From Octopus vulgaris (lineage: Eukaryota): a stretch of 64,000 nucleotides of DNA. The translations under genes were made by a program, and so were the position numbers. Numbering within the stretch: the stretch's first letter is position 1; each line of letters starts with the position of its first letter. The stretch spans positions 64,914,001 through 64,978,000 of the forward strand of contig OX597816.1 of assembly GCA_951406725.2 (NCBI GenBank). Direction: 5' to 3'. Positions 1 through 13,002 of this stretch are shown here, in pieces. The notes under the pieces are model-generated. The model saw only the letters and a program-made list of their open reading frames with translations, did not search any database and was not told the DNA's origin.

Positions 1-401
1 AGATAGTACGTCTGGGTGTTCCCTTACAGTAACTCATCAACTGAAAAAATTAAAAATCTTCATTAATTGAAGCCTTGAGTGTTTTAATTTCCATTTGAAT
101 GTTCTATAAGCTCTGTCTAAATATATCGAGCACAATTGTTGTATTAACATTCACTAAGTTTTAATATATACTGCAAGAGTCAAATGAATACATATGTTTA
201 TGCTAGCGAGTATGTATACTATGTGGTTCTGTGTGTGTGTGTGTGTATGGGTGTGTTTGTGTGTGTCCGTGTGGCAGTATGTGTGTTTGTATGTGTGTCT
301 GCGTACGTGTGTTTCTGTATGATTGTGAATCTCTCTCTGTATGTTTTTTTGGGGTGGGGGGTTTCGATTATTAATAAGGGCAAAGAATGAAATAATCTCT
401 T

Positions 402-613
402 TTACCCTTTTACTCTTTTACTAGTTTCATTCATTTGACTGTGGCCATACTGGAGCACCGCATTTAGTCGAGCAAATCGACCCCAGGACTTATTCTTTGT
501 AAGCCTAGTACTTATTCTATCGGTCTCTTTTGCTGAACTGCATCGGTTGTCAAGTGATTTTGGACGGGGGTACAAACACAGAGATACGTACAATGTACAG
601 ACACACACACACA

Positions 614-712
<99 letters not shown>

Positions 713-871
713 TTATAAATATATACGACGGGCTTCTTTCAATTACTGTCTAGCAAATCCACTCACAGGACTTTAGTAGACGACACTTGCCCAAGGTGCC
801 ACACAGTGGGACTGAACCCGGAACCATGTGGTTGGTAAGCAAGTTACTTACGACACAGCGACTCCTACGCC
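402..871 (-). mobile_element. tRNA-derived SINE, family A, with internal (CA)n(TA)n tract
   Basis: The minus strand begins GGCGTAGGAGTCGCTGTGTCGTAAG (A-box-like), then GGTTCAGTCCC (B-box-like) and a CORE-like GGCACCTTGGGCAAGTG segment. Homologous copies recur at 1794, 10660, 12150, 18794, 26849 and 30258. Confidence 0.85.
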
Positions 872-1629
872 TAAAAAAAAATCACTAAAAAAATAAAACA
901 AAAAACCTAACACTCTTCGAAATGACATTCTTTGCTATATTTCGCTCTGCGTCGAAATCCAAACGTTGCCTTGATATTTCCCCCATCAGAAATACATTCT
1001 ACTTGCGATTTTCCTTAGTAAAACTGCCGCTAACCACACCGTTATCACTAACCACTCTGTAAAAGCATCTAATATAACAACACAACATAAAATAAGGAAT
1101 AAGCAAAAGCGCAATCAATTGATATTTGCATTCAATGCAAACACAGTTCTAAGACCGGACGTATATATTTAGAACCCATAAGACAGATGTAAGGTCAGCC
1201 TTAACGATCCACTAAAGTCACTTCTATTTACAGGTTGGATGACTTGTGAAAATGTTATAAGAAGCGATTATCACGACTATGTAAGGTGGCACAGCAGGAC
1301 ACAGCCAAGCGTACAGACAAGAACGGCGCCAGCAAATGAAAAGCCAGAGAGAAAATTGATGCACCAGTACATCTGCAGCCGTAGTTTCGTACACAAACGA
1401 ATGAACTAAAGAAATTTAGTGGCATAGTAATGAAACTTCTTCATGCATATGTATGTATGACTATGTTGATAACGGAACGAAAATATATGCTTGACAAAAC
1501 TTATTCATCAATACGAATATACAATCGGTACATACATACACACACACACTCGGGAGCGCGCACACACATACACACACATATAATTGATATTATTGTGTGT
1601 ATACATGTATCATATTTCCATATTAAGTC

Positions 1630-1664
<35 letters not shown>

Positions 1665-1755
1665 ATATGTATGTATATACATACATAAATATATATACAC
1701 ATGCATACATACATACATACACTTCTATATATGTATGTATATGAATGTATGTATG

Positions 1756-1793
<38 letters not shown>

Positions 1794-1795
<2 letters not shown>

Positions 1796-1905
1796 CATAG
1801 GAGTAGCTATGTGGTAAGAAGCTTGCTTCCAAACCACATGGCTCCGGGTTCAGTCCTGCTGCGTAACACCTTAGTCTAGTGTCTTTACTATAGCCTCGAG
1901 CCGAA
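1794..1905 (+). mobile_element. SINE family A, 5' head fragment
   Basis: GGCATAGGAGTAGCTATGTGGTAAG...GGGTTCAGTCC matches the head of 402-871. Confidence 0.75.
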
Positions 1906-2169
1906 TGAAATTGTTCCTTATATATTGGAAGAAAAAAGCAAAATATAGACATAGTATTTCTCAATGACTCTAAAGCAGACTGCGGCAGCAGTACTGGGTA
2001 TTAATATTTATCGCCAAGCTAACATGGCAGTCCAGAAAAATAGGACTAATGCTGCCGTTGATTAGCTCCGAGTGGCCATAGCCTCCAGCTCGCGATGTGA
2101 CACACCAATCTGTGTACATTACAACCTTTGAACAAGGGTGGTCATCAGCTTCAACTTGCTGGTTCAACA

Positions 2170-2212
2170 TCCACACACCGGTTTCGCAGTATTTGCCCCT
2201 TATCAATGTGAA
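2170..2212 (-). ncRNA. Degenerate minimal hammerhead-like motif, U3-A8 core
   Basis: Minus strand: UUCACA UUGAUAA GGGGC AAAUAC UGC GAAAC CG GUG UGUGGA. Stem I pairs, but the triplet is GUG (not NUH) and stem II is decayed. Confidence 0.4.
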
Positions 2213-2412
2213 ATAGCTAACTGCAGCAGTCTTTCTATTTCTCTGGACTGCCATGTTAGCTTGTTGATAAATATTAATACCCAGTACTGCTGACGTAGTC
2301 TCCTTTAGAGTGATTTAGAAATAATAATATTTCTATTTTTGAAAATCACTGAATAGATATAAATAAACCTTCGAACAGACAGTCAAAAGCGACGCCTGCT
2401 GGATTCATCCAC

Positions 2413-2455
2413 TCCACATTGATAAGGGGCAAATACCTAGAAACCGGTTGGTGGG
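2413..2455 (+). ncRNA. Minimal hammerhead-like motif, U3-A8 core
   Basis: UCCACA UUGAUAA GGGG CAAAUA CCUA GAAAC CG GUU GGUGGG. Stem III is palindromic (AACCGGUU); stems I and II are imperfect. Confidence 0.5.
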
Positions 2456-2709
2456 TGTTGAACATGCAAAGGGAAGCTGTTCGAAGGTTATAATGTACAC
2501 AGATGCGTGTGTCACATAGCTAGCTTAAGGCGATGGCCTCTCGGAGCTTATCAACCGCAGCATTCGTCCTATTTCTCTGTACTGTCATGTTAGCTTGGCG
2601 ATAAATATTAAAGCAAAATATACTGTTTCGAAATGTATTATTCTGAACTCAATTTATTCTTCAATTGGAAAACAGTTTATTCTTCAATTGATAAATCAAT
2701 TCTGAATTC

Positions 2710-2718
2710 ATAATACAA

Positions 2719-2750
<32 letters not shown>

Positions 2751-2809
2751 TAATAATAATAATAAATAATGATAATAATAATAATAACAACAATAACAAT
2801 AGTAATAAT

Positions 2810-2883
<74 letters not shown>

Positions 2884-2910
2884 GAAGAAGAAGAAGAAGA
2901 AGAAGAAGAA
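2710..2910. repeat. Compound (AAT)n/(AAC)n/(AAG)n microsatellite
   Basis: Directly visible. Confidence 0.95.
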
Positions 2911-2914
2911 CACG

Positions 2915-3990
2915 AAAAAATTTTATCATATGCACCGCGTTGTTCAGGAAGAGTTTTAGGCTCATGTTCATTGACAAATGCAGCCAAGTCTGTGATGATA
3001 TAATGTGTCTCTCTTGCTATGTCTCTTGAAGTTAAATCAATACTTTGATGGTTTGGTATTGGAAGTCCAGAGCCAAACTCGTGCAAAGTTTTGCCTTCTA
3101 TGGCCAAAACTTGATCTTCAATTTCAATCAGTGCTTGGTTAAAAATTGTTTTATTGAACTGAATATTGATATCTGGGTTACCTGTTTAATTTTACAGCCA
3201 TGTCCTCAAAATGTGTCATCGAAAGCTGTAGTGGACTGCAAAGTTGGCACACGTTCAGTATAACTGCCAAAAGGTTACGAGGTTTCCTTGGACATTCTGA
3301 TACTGATTCTTCAGTCAATGCAATGTTCCAATGCCCATGATTTTCTAAAAAGAAAAACCTTCATGATAATATACTTCCCAATAAGTTTCACACACAGGAT
3401 CATTTACCCTTCTCGAATTTTGGAATGATTTGGGGCCATGTACTTCATACCAAAGGCGCCGTAAGTCGTAGCATTCTGCTTGGATTGGGAGGACACAGTA
3501 AACTCTTTCAAGAACGTCATCCCCACGTTTCCTTATCTCCCATTTATTGTTTCTTCAGAAGTAATACTTGGGTAATTGTGGGTAAAGGAATTTTCTTGCA
3601 TCTTCATCTACTGGACACAACTTTAAAAAGCGGTTTGTTTTGGATAACATGCTTGTTTAAATGTTGTTTCTTTTGCAAAGATAACCCTGTGGCCATTCTC
3701 TAGATGGACACTTGGATGAATGGTAGCTGTGTGTTTCCCATGAATGCGGAAATTGAAATTGCAGCAAAAAGCCTCATTGGTATTGATGTATCTTCCTCTG
3801 TTATACTGTACATCGTCGTTTTTATTTATCCGCTCATTGCCATTATGCATGAGAGTGTATATTGCAGCATCTAAACATCTAAACCTTTGTTTATATATTT
3901 GCAAACATACTTAATAGAATTAACAGAGTTGCAGAATTCACCATTGAATCTAGCTATTTGTACTCGTCTTTGCTTCACGATTGAATACTG
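2915..3990 (-). pseudogene. Helitron Rep-helicase relic (Rep C-terminus and linker), frameshifted
   Basis: Minus-strand pieces translate to EFCNSVNSIKYVCKYINKG (Helitron Rep two-tyrosine motif), GRYINTNEAF..FRIHGKH..VHLENGHRVIF, and GKTLHEFG..LP..RETHY..FVNEHE..LPEQRGAYDKI (the segment just before the PIF1 helicase). Confidence 0.85.
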
Positions 3991-4263
3991 ATCATTTACA
4001 ACTACCCCATCTCCTCTTGTAGAGAGCGAGACTTTTTCGAAAATTAAAATAGGGATTAAATGAAAAAATGTCTTACGACAATATCTCCACTAAAGTGATT
4101 GAAATAAATGGCGACTGAGGAACGCCCCACACATACACACACGCGCGCGCGCACATATATACAGTATCAAACATCAGATTAAATGGACATATGTGTGTGT
4201 GAGAGAGAGGAGTGTGTTGTCATGTATACGTGCATACATAAATAAATATGCATTCATCTTTTT

Positions 4264-4303
<40 letters not shown>

Positions 4304-4985
4304 CGTGTGAGTGAGAGAGAGAGTGCTACTTAGTCATCACTCTCTTGCATTCTATTTCACACACACGTGCGCGCACACATACGTACAAGAAGATGTATAC
4401 ATATGTATGTACGTATGCATGACAATACACCTCTTGACGAACTCACTCTTTCTAGCGCTGACTCTCTCTCTCTCTCTCTCTCTCTCTAACGTAAACACAC
4501 ACAAACATAGACACATACATAAATGCATACAAACGTACATACACAATCACACGTGTGCGTGTGTGTGTGTGAGAGAGAGAGGGGGGAGCAGAGAGAACAT
4601 TGCAGACAACGAATGAAATAAACATGAAATGAAAAAATCGTATAGATAAAAGCTCATTAAAAACTATCTCGTACCGAATATGTCAATTTGTGAACTTAGT
4701 AAATATTTCTTTCAGTAATTTATCGTAGCTTTTTACAAATAGCGAATTAAAACTTGAAATGAAAACATTTAAATAGAAAATGAAAACGCAAAATTTCGCT
4801 GTTGCTACGTCAATACCGGAAGCTGACACTGAGAAACCATTCTAAAGCAGTGAATCATATATATAAAGGAATATTATTTACATTATTCACATTTGACGGA
4901 TATTTGTCTTCATCTTGTTTGTTGTTAACACAATGTTTCGGCTGATATACCCTTGGGGAAATTTCGAACCTGGGTTCTCATTCCT

Positions 4986-5184
<199 letters not shown>

Positions 5185-5243
5185 TCACTGCTTGGAATCG
5201 AACTCGGAATCTTGGGGCTAGTAGCCCAAGTGAATTTTAGGGC

Positions 5244-5575
5244 TTATAAATCTAATATTTTTCTATCTTTCCTTAATACCGGTTCCCATATGTTGCTCAT
5301 ATCTGCATTCGGTCTGCTTAAGAGGTTGTTGTGCCCTAGCATATGAGCTGCTTCATTTAGTTTTCGTTGTTTCCAGTGGTGTTCTCTGTCTATTATTTTA
5401 ACCTCATCCCACAAGGAGAGGTGGTCTCCATTTTTCCATACATGATCAGCTATAGCCGATTTATCAATATCTCCTCGTGTCACAGCTTTGCGATGTTCGG
5501 CTACTCTTATTTTGAGGGGCGGCATGTTTCGCCTTTGTATAACCTATCACAGTTGCATGGGATGGACTACACACA
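5244..5575 (-). pseudogene. PLE GIY-YIG endonuclease domain, frameshifted
   Basis: ORFs 5244-5525 and 5567-5827 join across frameshifts and retain the VY..YxG, R..EH and E motifs. Confidence 0.85.
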
Positions 5576-6563
5576 GTCTTTGGTCAAATTCTCTTCTATT
5601 GGTGGTTTTACTCGAAGGAGATATCTGAGAAGTGTTGTATTACTCTTGAATACTGTCCTGATGTCATATGGACATATCTTTTGTATCTTTTCGGAGCGGC
5701 CTTTCACATAGGGTAGACAGACTGTGGACAGTTTATCGGCCTCTTCCTCTCTATTCTTTATAATTGGAGTGGACAGTATACTTTTAGGGTGGATGTTGCT
5801 TAACAGATCCTTATTGAGCTTGGTCATTTCTTCGTGGTGTGTATCACGATCGCTACTTATATTCTTTGAACGATGTTTTAGGCATTGAGCAATCCCTCTC
5901 TTTACACTGTATGGATAGTGACAATAGAAGTTGAGGTATCGTCCAGTGAAGGTCGGCTTGCAGCATACGGATGTCCTGAATCCATACTTGGTGCGTGTTA
6001 TTTATACGTCCAGGAATGCCAGCTGATCGTCTTTTTCCTTTTCTACTGTGAACTGTATGGACGGCTTTATTGAGTTCACATGATCTAACAGCACTTGGAC
6101 ATCTTTCTGGTGGGTCCAGAGTAAAAAGGTGTCATCAACATATAGTAGCTATAGTGTTGGTTTTAGTGGTGTTGATCCTAAAGCCAAATTCTCAAATGTA
6201 AATAATCTACATAATTCCTCATCTCTTAAATATAGAATTGGAATATTATTTATTTTTAACCTTCAAATAAACTGAAGACACTATCATGTATCCAAGATCA
6301 AATTATTCATGCATCCTAAATATAGAAGCCATTCGTGCAACCGTTTTCGCGTGAAAAGCGAATACACACACACACACATACAGGTCTCTTTTCTATATGG
6401 ATATATTTATGTTAGGATGTGTTTCAGTATCTGCATGCTGTGTGGCCATATACCTCTTAATGTGAGCTGGTGGCAGTGTAAACTTTCATTTTATTAAAGA
6501 GATTGACATATTCTCCAGGAAAAACAGGAGGACAAAAACGGAGTGAGAAACATAAAGAGAGAG

Positions 6564-6603
<40 letters not shown>

Positions 6604-7101
6604 GAGAGATCTTCGACATGAAGAATGCAAATTAATTAAATAAGCTACGGGAGTGTGTACAATGATCGGGGTGGCGTTTAAAGGATTCTGTGAGAAATTA
6701 AATAAGAGAACAGCAGGCTTAATCCCAACAATCGACAACACACGCACTGTCATATATTCGATATTCTGTTTATCACGCCGCATGACCGTGTATGCTGTGT
6801 AATGCTTAAGAGAAGGAAAATCGATAGAGCAGATTACCTTTGCCGACTCAGTCGCATAATTTGTTTCAGAATCGATTCACTATTTCGACTGTCTTTATCA
6901 CATGTACCAACTCGTGCAAATCAATCTATTTACCATATTATGTTTCAACAGCGTATTAATGTGTCTGTATGTGAGTTTGTGTACGTATGTGAAAACAATC
7001 CTGGCGGTTAGTATGTAAATGCAAGTTTGTGTGAACCTGACGTTCGGTGTCAGGGTTTTATATGTATATGCACGAATGTTTATATATATATAAATAAATA
7101 A

Positions 7102-7151
<50 letters not shown>

Positions 7152-7518
7152 GCACACATAGATGCGTTGTGCGTGTGTGTGTTTTGTATTTGCCTTCATA
7201 ATCCCCTCCTTTAGCTCACAAGAGTAATGCAACACACGAATTGATAAGACTCTATGCAAATAATAGCTTATTTTGTATGTATACGAAAATCTGTCTATGC
7301 TTATATGAGTGTACATATATATATACATATATCTATGTATATGTATATATATATATATATGTATGTATATATACATATATATACATAAATGTATATACAT
7401 TATGTGTATATACATATATATATACATAAATGTATATACATTATGTGTATATACATATACATATATATATATACATATAAATATGTAGATATGTATATGT
7501 ATAATATACATAAAAATG

Positions 7519-7588
<70 letters not shown>

Positions 7589-7646
7589 ATGGAGGTGCGC
7601 GTGTATGTTTGTACGTGTGTGCACATACACATGTGGGTGTATATAC

Positions 7647-7677
<31 letters not shown>

Positions 7678-8833
7678 TAACCATAAATTTATATATAAGT
7701 ATGTTTATATGCACATATATACTTACACGCACATACACACACAAACATATCACATGCTTATATGTATATGTCTGTATATATGTATGTGCGTTTGTGGATG
7801 TTGATATATATATATATATATATATACATAATCCATTCATCCAACGTTTTTGTTTATATTTATATGTATATGTGCCTATGGTTATAAATGCGATGCTCTT
7901 GCACCTCATGGTAATAGAATTTTCAACACTATACATCCTGTTATATAGAATCGAACAAAGAATATATACATATATTTGGTTCTATATACAACTTTCCATT
8001 CCTGTTTACGGGAGTTGATACAAGCTGCTTTCATGAATTATTATTATCAATTTTCTTTGGTTATTTACTAATTTTCTTTTCAATCGTAGTTGCTGACAAA
8101 ATGCAACAAGAGAGAATTACTTTTTACTTTTATATTTTCTAGGACTATATCGTATGAGGATATTTATTTCTCCCTTCATTCGTGACCTTATCTCACTAGC
8201 ATAATCACAAAACATGGATAGGGAATTAAATATTGGCTTACTTTAAATGCGGACAAACAAATCTTAGCTTATTATTCGTTGAGATCAAAGTGCAACTATT
8301 TGTACAAGTGGTATATCGATGGACACCCATATCCCGAACAACTACGTAGAACTTTTTTTTTCCTTCAATAAAGTTTTTCCATATTAAAAAGGACTTAAAT
8401 CTACATACAAAAGTACATTAGCAAGCAGAAAGATGTTAGAGTCCTCTTAGTTGACCGTGGTAGAGAGAACCGACTTTTCATCTATGATGCATGGCTTGCT
8501 GTACACACAATTGTTATATTTGCATGTGGATTTCCGAACAAGTAGATTTAAATCTGATACATCGATATGAAAACTCAGGCAAACTGATAATGGGAATATA
8601 TGAATAGTCAGTATTATGTCTGTCATATATACAAAATATATAGCTTCTAACAGAAACACTCACATCAAAGCGTGTATGTGTATGTGTGTGAGTGTAAATG
8701 TGTGTGAGTGTAAATGTGTGTGAGTGTAAATGTGTGTGTGTGTGTACGTTGATTCACCAGAAGCAATAAATTGTACAACAGTAGAGCATTCTTTAATACC
8801 TTATACCCGAAAGGCTCTGATTTCCTGTACTAA

Positions 8834-9058
8834 GAGGCGAGCTGGCAGAAACGTTAGCACGCCGGGCGAACTGCCTAGCGGTATTCCGTCTGCCGCTACG
8901 TTCTGAGTTCAAATTCCGCCGAGCTCGCCTTTGCCTTTCATCCTTTCGGGGTCGATTAAATAAGTACCAGTTAAGCACTGGGGTCGATATAATCGACTTA
9001 ATCCGTTTATCTGTCCTTGTTCGTTCCTTCTGTGTTTAGTGGGTAGTAAAGAAATAGG
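8834..9058 (+). mobile_element. tRNA-derived SINE family B monomer with 15-bp TSD
   Basis: GGCGAGCTGGCAGAAACGTTAG...GAGTTCAAATTCC...AGTAAAGAAATA. TSD GATTTCCTGTACTAA lies at 8819-8833 and 9059-9073. Confidence 0.9.
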
Positions 9059-9439
9059 GATTTCCTGTACTAAAAGGCTCATTTCCTACCATCAGCTGGT
9101 AATCTGGTGCCACATTTCTTTTCATTAGCCACTGCCTGAATATTTTTTGAAATATGAATTGAAAGTGTGAAGTTCTATTGAAAGATGTGTTCAAATGCTC
9201 AGTTTCTTTGACGACAGTCTCTGATATCGTTGCTCGAAAGCACAAGTCAACGAGACGGTCATGCACAAGTCAACGAGACGGTTTTCGAGAATTTGGAAAC
9301 TCTGCCTTGCAACTATATATTTTATTATTTGTTATCACATGATCTTTGGACTTCTGACATGCCTTTCACCGTTTTGAGCCTGCGCATCTCTACATCACAC
9401 TTTATTTTTGTACTATTTTCTGTCTTCTCTGGCGTAATC

Positions 9440-9852
9440 TTATTTCTTTACTGCCCACAAGGGGCTACACACAGAGGGGACAAACAAGAACAGAAAAACG
9501 GATTAAGTCGATTACATCGACCCCGGTACATTACTCGTACTTATTTAATCGACCTCGAAAGGATGAAAGGCAAAGCTGACCTCGGCGGAATTTGAACTCA
9601 GAACGTAGCGGCAGACGAAATACCTATTTCTTTACTACCCACAAGGAGCTAAACACAAAGAGGACAAACAAGGTCAGACAAACAGATTAAGTTGATTACA
9701 TTGACCCCAGTGCGTAACTGGTACTTAATTTATCGACCCCGAAAGGATGAAAGGCAAAGTCGACCTCGGCGGAATTTGAACTCAGAACTTAACGACAGAC
9801 GAAATACGGCTACGCATCTCGCTCGGCGTGCTAACGTTTCTGCCAGCTCGCC
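9440..9852 (-). mobile_element. SINE family B dimer
   Basis: Two tandem units; the second lacks about 50 nt of head. Junction is AAAGAAATAGGTATTTCGTCTGCC. Confidence 0.88.
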
Positions 9853-10659
9853 AATTCTTTCGATGAAGTGGCTGAGGCCCGTGTATTTTTCGCGTGTGAG
9901 CGTTTGTGCGTGTGTGTTTGTGTATGGGTGTGTTTGTATGAAAGAGGTATTTTGTTCATGTGATGTGTATTGTGTGTGGCGCATGTGTTGCTGTGTATTA
10001 TGCTTGTGTTGCTGTACTATGGTGTTACTGTGTGTTCTTTGAGTACATTTAACGTATGTGTTCGCTAATGTTTTCTGTTTTGTTTTGTTTATACTGAAGC
10101 ACAATGCATAAGGTTTTGTATGTTAAAATTTATAGCTAATTAATTTAATTCTTTCTACGTTGAGAATTATCAGAATCTTTTCATTTGCAAACACTTCAAA
10201 GGATACTCGCTTAACAATAAACATTAGCTTTCACATGTTATATACATGTTATTATATGCCCCCACAAAATTAAGCAAACCTAAAAGATAAATCTTTTAAG
10301 AAGTTATAGACATTGGGCCAATTTCAATATGCTTGAAATCCGAAGACAGTGAGGTGGGGTATTTGGAATTAAAGCTGGATACAATAAATGGGTGATACTG
10401 AGGACGCTATTAGTTGGATATAAATGGAATGTAATGTAATTTTTTCTATGATATATGTGCATGAAGAATTAAGCGCTGGATTAGGAAGGCTTTGAGAATA
10501 ATCTGGTGGTAGGTTTATATGTATGTACATAATGTTCGGGTGTATTTTGGCGGGGATGGGGAACAACTTATTGTATTGGTGAAAGGTTAACAGTCTTGCT
10601 GAGCATAAACATGAAGTTGTACTTGGGAAAAAAGTTACCAAACCTTGGTGACTAAATGC

Positions 10660-10878
10660 TCTTTTACTCTTTTATTTCTTTTACTTGTTTCAGTCATTTG
10701 GCTGCGGCCATGCTGGAGCACCACCTTTAGTCGAGCAAATCGACCCCGGGACTTATTCTTTGGAAGCTTAGTACTTATTCTATCGGTCTCTTTTGCTGAA
10801 CCGCTAAGTTACGGGGACGTAAACACACCAGCATCAGTTGTCAAGCGATCTTGGTGGGACAAACACAGACACACACAC

Positions 10879-10937
<59 letters not shown>

Positions 10938-11102
10938 TACGACGGGCTTCTTTCAGTTTCCGTCTACCAAATCCACTCACATGGCTTTGGTCGGCCCGAG
11001 GCTATAGTAGAAGACACGTACCCATGGTGCCACACAGTGGGACTGAACCTGAAACCATGTCGTTGGTAAGCAACCTCCTTACCACACAACCACTCCTGCA
11101 CC
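10660..11102 (-). mobile_element. SINE family A, near full length
   Basis: Aligns with 402-871, including the internal microsatellite. Confidence 0.88.
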
Positions 11103-11115
11103 TAGGATAGAAAGA

Positions 11116-11234
11116 TGTTTACATCACCTAGGTTTCCCATGTGGTTACCCATCTAAGTGCTAACAAGGCTCGACGTTGCTTAGCTTCGTTGATCGGACGA
11201 GAAGCGTTGTTTTCAAAGTGATATGGCCGTAAAT
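11116..11234 (-). pseudogene. 5S rRNA pseudogene, full length, diverged
   Basis: Minus strand ATTTACGGCCATATCACTTTGAAAACAACGCTTCTCGTCCGATCAACGAAGCTAAGCAACGTCGAGCCTTGTTAGCACTTAGATGGGTAACCACATGGGAAACCTAGGTGATGTAAAC follows the metazoan 5S consensus with many substitutions. It is a solitary copy. Confidence 0.9.
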
Positions 11235-11339
11235 ATGCTATCGGTATACTGGAAATCATTTACCTGTATCATGAGAACTTGTGCCGGGAATGAAGATGCC
11301 GACATCAATAGCTGCAGCCCAATACACTTTTAACGTTGT

Positions 11340-11900
11340 AAATGCTGTAAGACATAACACGGTGAGCTGCAACGGAGACCACGAAGCCGTGGTCACAGGA
11401 AGGGACACGGTAGGCGCTCTGACTGCGTTCGCACATCCAGAATCGGCTTCGCATTTTTGAACATGTCCTTCGACTCAATTGAGCAGGGCACTTGGGGCTA
11501 CTGGAGACTGTAATCAGTACCTGGCTGGGTAGAATTGCTGCTGAAAGTTCATATGTGCAGCAACAGGATTTCGCTCCTTGCCATAAATAAGGAAAGAGTC
11601 AGAAGTGGTTCTCGTAATATTTCTATGACTTTACCAGACCAATTTCTGGGTTCCTCATTCTCCCAATTCTATGTGTGGAGTGCGATTGAGAAAGACACCA
11701 AACGCCTTGCCTGCTGCACCAAGTCTGATTTGGTAGTCATGATTAGAAGAATTGTTCGAAGATTTTCCAAGGTACATAGTGAAGAAACCGTCCGATACTT
11801 TCCAGGTCCTTCTTGACGCCGTAATTGAAGTTGATGGGGACAACATTGAGTTAACTATTGTCTGCCAATCATAATTTAGTCCATTTTTATTTTCCTTTGC
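11340..11900 (+). mobile_element. Tc1/mariner-superfamily transposase relic (C-terminal part, maT/DD37D-like)
   Basis: Frameshifted pieces QQDFAPCH, FW..HSP, YVWSAIEKDT and LDAVIEVDGDNIE*. Confidence 0.65.
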
Positions 11901-11980
11901 CTTTTAGGTGGATATTGTATTTTGCTTTTACTTTTATCCAACCCGTCAAATTTAGCTTGCTTACCTTCTATGTGAGCTTG

Positions 11981-12076
<96 letters not shown>

Positions 12077-12287
12077 TATAGAGGGAGAGTAGGGGAGAAA
12101 AATATATATCGATAAATAGATAGATTGATAAACTGATAGATAAGCACATGAGTGTGTGTAACCAACCAAGTGGTTCTGGGATCAGGCCCACCGCGTGGCA
12201 TACTAGGCAAGCGTTTTCTAATATAGCTTCAGGCTGACCAAAGTTTTGTGAATTGATTTCATAAACGGAAACTCAAAGAAGCCCGTC

Positions 12288-12322
<35 letters not shown>

Positions 12323-12350
12323 CACACAGACACACACATACACACACACA

Positions 12351-12388
<38 letters not shown>

Positions 12389-12600
12389 AGTATATAAATG
12401 TTTAAGTAGTTGAATGAATTATCCTAGTATGGATAATTCGGTTAACCGATACCCGGGTAGCAAATTTACGTCAGAAAGCACGGTCGAAGCTACATGCCAA
12501 GGGCAGAAATCACGTGCTTTCGTGTGGAAATTTGTGTGTTTTTTTACTATAGGTAAATGAAAGAATGGAGTCGAACGACGATTTAACAAAATTCCTTTAT

Positions 12601-12681
12601 TCTCGACACACGTTTCGAAGACTGCATATTCTTAATTCCGAAGGAATAAAGAGTGCATTATGCCGTCTTCTCATCAGGAAA
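12601..12681 (-). ncRNA. Type I hammerhead ribozyme motif, canonical core
   Basis: UUUC CUGAUGA GAAGAC..[extended stem II]..GUCUUC GAAAC GUGU GUC GAGA. Confidence 0.75.
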
Positions 12682-12798
12682 GACAAGGAACTTATGCCAG
12701 CATCATGACGAACAAAAACTTTTAGATGACTGCCCACACGGAGTCCATAGTAATAATAAAGTTTTTGTTCGTCATGATGCTGACATATGTTCCTTGTC

Positions 12799-12879
12799 TT
12801 TCCTGATGAGAAGACGGCATAATGCACTCTTTATTCCTTCGGAATTAAGAATATGCAGTCTTCGAAACATGTGTCGGGA
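12799..12879 (+). ncRNA. Type I hammerhead ribozyme motif, canonical core
   Basis: UUUC CUGAUGA GAAGAC..GUCUUC GAAAC AUGU GUC GGGA. Stem II has a 6-bp base and stem III contains the palindrome ACAUGU. Confidence 0.78.
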
Positions 12880-12968
12880 ATAAAGGAATTTTGTTAAATC
12901 GTCGTTCGACTCCATTCTTTCATTTATCTATATATGTATATATGTATGTGTGTATGTATGTATGTATT

Positions 12969-13002
<34 letters not shown>

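Larger units (their letters stand above)
1939..2611. repeat. Nested inverted-repeat element, probably derived from a PLE terminal repeat
   Basis: 1939-2045 is the reverse complement of 2232-2341, and 2001-2212 is the reverse complement of about 2413-2611. It carries two hammerhead-like motifs. Confidence 0.75.
12548..12932. repeat. Long inverted repeat (arms ~175 bp, spacer ~35 bp) with a hammerhead in each arm
   Basis: 12548-12722 is the reverse complement of 12758-12932, with about 5 mismatches. Confidence 0.95.

Noticed and set aside
8685-9281. Short tandem repeats (16-bp x3 near 8685; 20-bp x2 near 9240) as CRISPR-like
   Set aside because: No unique spacers, eukaryotic context and no cas genes; these are simple slippage duplications.
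12597-12883. Two near-identical 76-aa ORFs on opposite strands
   Set aside because: A by-product of the DNA palindrome; the RNA motif explains the sequence better.
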